Origin: Eledone cirrhosa
Lineage: Eukaryota
Direction of reading: 5' to 3'
Assembly (NCBI GenBank): GCA_964016885.1
Contig: OZ024750.1
Location: forward strand, 8,494,001 to 8,558,000
DNA: 64,000 nucleotides
Below the pieces are notes generated by a model. The model was given only the letters and a program-made list of their open reading frames with translations. It did not search any database and was not told where the DNA came from. Both the position numbers and the translations under genes were made by a program. This document shows positions 57,716 through 64,000 of the stretch, in pieces (within the stretch, counting starts at the first letter, position 1; each line of letters begins with the position of its first letter).

Positions 57716-58320
57716 CATGTGTGTGTGTAAATGTGTATGCATATATATATACATATACACACACTATATATGTGTATATTTGTGTGCGTATATATATATA
57801 TATATATATATACCATCTCTCTCTCTCTTTAATTCAATTTTTCATTTCAATTTATGAAATATCAATGATATAATCCTCTCAGCTTTCCCTTAATATTATT
57901 TTTATTATATTTCTTATCCCTTTTCTTCTCCATTAAAAATAGTCGTAAAAACTATTTCGCATTCCACATGACTCTTTGCCTTGTTCCTGCAAAATATCAT
58001 ATTCGGTTCAGCTGCCCGTAAGTATATAATTTAGAGTTATTTTATATCATCTTTAGAAACAAACTGGCAATTTGAATTGTGTTTAATAATTGATATCACA
58101 GATACCCTAGATTCAGGGAACCGACTGAGCAACCTTTATTGCATTTAATAGCGAAAAAGAAAAGCTGTAAAAATTTCCTTGTAAGAACGTTTATTTTATT
58201 TTAAATACACTTCTTCAAGTTATCTCAAAGTTACGACTTATGTTCAGCCCACATCTCAATATGTATTTAAAGAAATAACAAATAATTCATAATAATTTTA
58301 TTTATGGTTCATTTTTGTGA

Positions 58321-58362
<42 letters not shown>

Positions 58363-58728
58363 TTTCTCTCTCTCCCTTTTTACGTCTATTTTCAATAAAT
58401 CATTAAAAGACAACATCAAAACCTCACAAAAATCATATTGATATTTAATCCCTCGGTGTTAATAAAGAAGCTAGGTTCAATATTTCCTGAAAGATCTATT
58501 GAAATATCAAGGTTATTATTGTTGTTGTTATTGTCATTATTATTACCATCATAAAAAGGTTTAAAATATGAAATGGATATTAATGTTACGAAGGTGTGTT
58601 TATAATATGTTAATGTAAACTTGAGACAGAAGCCATATAGCTCTCATATATACACAAAAACAGTTTTTAATGTTTATGTATGTATATATATATGTACACA
58701 TATTCATATACACCTATCTATCTATCCC

Positions 58729-58762
<34 letters not shown>

Positions 58763-59117
58763 CGTATATGAGTGATAGTAAGCTATATAGATGTATACGA
58801 TTGGAAAATATGAAGGATTTTGAAATACTCAATATATTTTAAGGCGCAAATGAATGTATATGTAGAGATAGAGAAAGTGAGGGAGAAAGAAAAGTGGTTA
58901 TATTTATTTACGATAGTTTCTCAAATCGATGTCCACTTTGAGTTGTTTCGATCTGCTGATAGTAGTCATATAGTTTATGTATGTTACAACGTATATTATA
59001 AACGGATCTCCGTCAGCTGAGTATTAAGATGAGTTAACTGAACTAACTTCTCATTGAATTAAAATGTAATGGGCTTGGAAATCAGACTCGCTCCAGGTAG
59101 AAGTCCCTACATCTCCG

Positions 59118-59302
59118 AATTGAGAGATTACAGCTCCAATATGATGGACATGTGGTTAGATAAGAATGTTTAAAAAAAGAATCGCTGGACAGATTTTACA
59201 AGCAAAACCAACCAGCAGGAGACCCAGGGGTATACCCCGAGCAAGATAGTTGGATAACATCCATGAGATTAGTTGGTCTCGTTTGGGGACCTAGCCGGAT
59301 CA
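59118..59302 (+). mobile_element. RTE LINE fragment
   Basis: AATTGAGAGATTACAGCTCC...GACCCAGGGGTATACCCCGAGCAAGATAGTTGGATAACATCCATGAG matches 8380-8540. Confidence 0.8.
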
Positions 59303-59375
59303 ATTATCTTATTGCGAAGGTGAACTTAATTATCTAGCCACTCTACCTCTATAGTGAAGTAGACGCGTGCGCTCT

Positions 59376-59420
<45 letters not shown>

Positions 59421-60263
59421 GCACACACACATGTATATAGTGTTTAGAAAATACATTAATTTATCTGCAAAACGTTATACCATTTTTGTGCCTAATGTAG
59501 TGTGCGACAGATACGCGCTTAAATTATTTTATACACCATAATTCAAAAGTAAAAATAATTTTAATTAATTTGAAGCTATTATTGAACATAATGTTTTATC
59601 TTTTTACTTGAAATACTTTAATTCTTAAAATAGATTTTTTAAAAATATTTGAAACCCGAGTGTCGAGAGGTAAAACAGCAATAGAAATATAATCATTCTC
59701 ATAAAGTGTCGAAATCTGAGAGAGTGAAATAAAATATAGAGTAGCAGCCCGCATTGATTCCACATTGTGGTGGCAGCGGAAAAGCAGGCGTTAGCTATAA
59801 GAGAAAAAAATAAAAAAATAAGAGTAGTAGATGAAAATCCTTAAAACATTACTTGAGAGAAGATTGGCTAAACACACAACTATTTAGAAATATATTATAG
59901 GTTATAACCGTTTTCGAGTTCTTTTAATATAATTGAAAGAGATTTAATACAATATATATCTAGTTTAATGTTTCAAGTAAACGTTAAAGAATACATTATG
60001 TTCACACAATAAATATAAATTTGACCGCCGTGTGATTGAAACTCGTACCGGAAAAGGGGGCCCTCTAATGTTAAATGAAATGAAATAAAATAAATAGTAT
60101 CTTAATTATCGAGAATTAATGCAAATTGCTCCACATAATCGAGGTAAAGTCACCGTTACTTACTTATATATATATTATAATGTATATATATATATATATA
60201 TTAGTCCCGGCTTCAATCCTAGAACTGTTTCATTTAAAAGAAATCACCAGGAGCGCTTTACTG

Positions 60264-60318
<55 letters not shown>

Positions 60319-61439
60319 GGGCCTTGCCAGCCACTCGAGGCAACGTCATGGATGAGGACATTTTAAACAGAAGAAATTTTTTCTGTACCGTGGACGAGCC
60401 GACGACGATATATGCAGTGGCTAACGACTATGTTCCTATATATCTAGCTATCTTCAGACAATAAAAATAACATCTATCTATCTATTAGTTTATTTGTATC
60501 TCTCTGAGAGAGTGATGAAAAGATACCGAAAATGAAAATAGCAATAAAATGGAATCCTGATCGATATAAATTAAGCAGCAAATCTCAAGGATCCGTACAA
60601 AGAAAATCCATAAAGTAAAATCCATACAGAGAGGATCTATAGAGTGGAGATCCATACAAACATTGAAATCAATTATGAAAGGATGTTGTTATTTTCTTTT
60701 TAGTCAAAGATAAACCAAACAATACAAAAATAGACTTGATAAATATTGAAAGAAACTAAGTCAAACACAGCCTTTTTAATATGTAGAAATCTGATATCAG
60801 GAAATAGTGAGTATTTGTGCAGACCTTGTCAATAAACAGCATGACAACTGACACGCCAACAGCGAATACACTACACGGTTGCATGTCTTGCTAGAAGCAG
60901 CAGCCAAATTTAAACGACTTATTATATAACGTATATCGTAACTTTGCTCGATCAGGGCTGATCTGGGGGTAAGCCACAGCAACAACATGAGAGGACTCAT
61001 TATATAATGTATTTCTACATATTTTTGACGGGATAGAATGATCACGACTGGAATACCTTTGCTGAATCAAAACTGACATGGGCCTAAATAACAAGAAAGA
61101 GCACATTAGATAATCTATTCTTACATACTTTTTAAAAGGCTGGTACTTCTTAGATTAGATCAATCCAAGTTGACCTGATGCTTAACAACTGTAATCTGTA
61201 GGAGGTTTACAAGAGAGATTTATAAGACTTGTTTTATAAGCGAAACAGTATGAATATAAGATGCTACATACAAGTATGTCTTAAAAATATCGTTGCGAAA
61301 TAATATAAGTATTTTATTAAATAAATATTTTCATAATCTACGACTAAAGCAGATAAACACCAAATTGTTTGTTATAAGCTCTTTCTGTAAATTAAATGAG
61401 TATTTCTGGAGACTTGGCAGTCTTTAATGTGTAGGACGA

Positions 61440-61578
61440 TGGCGGCAAATTAGCAGAGTCCTTAGAACGTCGGATATAATGTTTTGTAGTATTCTTTTCG
61501 GCTCTCTGCTCTATCAGTTCAAATCCCGTTGAGGTCAACTCTGCATTTCATCCTTTCGAGGTCGATAAAATAGTACCA
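61440..61578 (+). mobile_element. SINE family A copy (older)
   Basis: GGCGGCAAATTAGCAGAG...AGTTCAAATCCCGTTGAGGTCAACTCTGCATTTCATCCTTTCGAGGTCGATAAAATAGTACC. Confidence 0.8.
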
Positions 61579-63475
61579 CGGATCGATTCCTCCTATATAT
61601 CTCTTTCGCAGTTCTTTTCTCTTTCGGTCACTCTCTCTCCTTCTCTAGAAAAAATCTTCAGTATTTAGACCCGGAGAGGAGATGAGCTCCATTAGTTAGT
61701 TCCCTGTCAGAATAACCTTTTAATTACAGGGTTTAGTTTTCTGTCACTAATAATACGTATGAGTATTTTACTTAGTTGAAACTTAAAACTAAACTCTGTT
61801 TCATGTAAAGCAATTATTTTTGAACTTCTGTGGCATGTTCTTTAGATCAGCAGTATATACAAGTTCCCAATCCATTAATCCATTATAAATCATATGTGTT
61901 CTTCCCTCAGAAGTAAATGAAATGATCCATAATGAACACTAAATTATTCATTAAATGTACTACCGACCACCACCCTGCCTGCATCACTTTATCACACGAC
62001 GTTAATGACTATACAATTTATCATACATGTACATCGTATCTAAAAGTTGTCATTTTGTTTCTGATTTTAGACATGAAATATATATTTTCTAGACAAAAAC
62101 TTCAATGGGTTTTCTTTGTCACCGACCAAACACTTATCATGCATAATCTCGAGTAATTCACTTGTTTTATATAATTTATGAGTTATCTAAAATACCATAC
62201 AGACTGGATTACTTGTGAGAAATTACATGAGTTCATAGGAGTTGAAGATAGTTCTGATTTATCAGGTGTTAAGTAGATGAGAGAGGAATCTTTGTATTGA
62301 CAGGAGACTAGTCTAATACAAGCAATTTTCATAGACGAACTGGTGCATATACTGTAGTATAATTAAGTTTCTAAATTAATCAGAATTCTCTATATTGCTC
62401 ACAGATGCAAACGTCTTCAGCGCGATGTCATCTCGTATTATATGAGCTAAATAACCCCTGGACCTTTTATATTCAATTCATTCAATTCATTTATGAATAG
62501 GATCAGGAAATATTTTGGTGGAATAATTTGGTAGACGGAAACTATTTGAAAGCCCGTCGTATTAACAGCATCTCTAATTTAAAGTGCCATCCTTGTTACA
62601 TTCTATGGCACACTGAATCTCATTGTTGAAAACGATGAAAGTTCATTCCATCCTCTTGGATTACGTTTGGTTTCCACTTCTAATTATTTTCCAGCTACAT
62701 TTATTGAAAAATATAATGGAAACCTGCAACTAAGTGCATTTAAATTAGCATCAAGCTACGTCAATAGGCTAAAAAAAAAAAAAACCTCCATGAAATTCTT
62801 CCATATTTCAATTGTCTATTTGAAGTAGATTCCACCTGGTCGAATTCTTCAAAATAGAATACTGAAGAGTTCACTAATGATGCCCTCCTTGAACCGTAAA
62901 GGTTTGGATTAGTAAACATCTCACAGTAATTTACTAATTACTGAAGTATATAACACTGGCCCTGGAGAGCGAGTTTCTTTATTTTATTGAGCGTATTGCA
63001 TGGGATCCTTAGACATAGAATGGATTGTTAAACACAGATTAATCATAGATTCCTGGGCTGAAGTAGATTTGAGTGCAATGGAATATTTTCCATGCTTCTT
63101 GAAAACCTTCTGTGGCAAATTCACAATATATTATTCTGAAACACAAAGTTACAGGCAACACTTAAGTCTAATCAATTTGTATCGATTTCCTCTTGAAAAG
63201 ATAATAATAGGATTGAATAAACAAGACCGCCGTGTCAGTGTGTCTATCTTAGTTCAATTCCCATAAGCGATCGTGTACTCAGTTCTAAAAAATAAGAAAT
63301 ACTCAATTAATTATACAATAACTTGTCTTGTTTTAGTTTAGTCTTAGATCAATTATGATTGTGTACAACTGCAATCAAATGTATTCTTGCCGTCACGATC
63401 CGGCATTTTTATATATCTAGACTTACATACTCCAATGCTTCATCCCATATTTTAAAAAGGTAAGGTATGATTTAA

Positions 63476-63679
63476 CGCTTTAGTATTTAAACCAGCTGTA
63501 TCCGGCCAGAATTCTCTCAGCTCGCCCTGTTCAAACTGACCGTAACATAAATATGAATGCATACTTATGTTACGGTATTGTTCTCAAAATAAGTAAAATC
63601 AAACTCTCATAGATTCAATATGCGAGATAATTATGAGAAAATATAATAGTAAATATAGTGTAATGTAAATGTGAAAGGG
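63476..63679. mobile_element. piggyBac-like MITE nested in another dispersed repeat
   Basis: TTAA at 63472-63475 and 63680-63683; imperfect TIRs CGCTTTAGTATTTA / TAAATGTGAAAGGG; host repeat continues across it (AGGTATGATT...GAGAAGTTGGCTGCTATTTCTAGCAG). Confidence 0.6.
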
Positions 63680-64000
63680 TTAAGAGAAGTTGGCTGCTAT
63701 TTCTAGCAGATCGAAAAACTTTTGTTTTAGCTAATTAATGAAAAATTACGAAGGATTTACTAAAAATGATTTCATTACTAAGATAGTAACTTAATGTAAG
63801 GTTCTCATATGAAATTATGTTGGAAGATTTTAATATATGCTGGAAAACTTTGAAATTGGTGGTATTATTTCATAGAACCAGAGTTGGGTTGGAGTGGATT
63901 GGGAACTAAAGAATTAATCTATCTTTTTGCCATTCATAAAGGTAAATATTAAAATAGCCCCATCCCGCCAAAAAAAAGAAAAGAAAAAAAAAAAAAAAAA

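Overview
AT-rich, microsatellite- and transposon-dense eukaryotic DNA. The repeat content looks like a coleoid cephalopod (octopus) genome; this is an inference. The only credible host gene is one large coding exon (- strand, 50801-49778) of an alpha-1-adrenergic-type aminergic GPCR covering the N-terminus to TM6. It ends in a phase-1 GT donor at the position where vertebrate ADRA1 genes are interrupted. No TM7/NPxxY exon was found, so most of the window is probably a >49 kb intron of that gene. The rest contains: many tRNA-derived SINEs (some with clear target-site duplications); RTE, CRE-like, R4/Dong-like and L1/Tx1-like LINE relics; MITEs; simple repeats and minisatellites; and a 200-N gap. 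The most notable non-coding features are two well-formed minimal type I hammerhead ribozyme motifs plus decayed copies, a ~370 bp near-perfect palindrome built from SINE and MITE pieces, a repeat family whose three copies all start in a CAT/(CATA)n context, and a perfect 86-copy 14-mer array. Nearly all long ORFs in the track are microsatellite artefacts.
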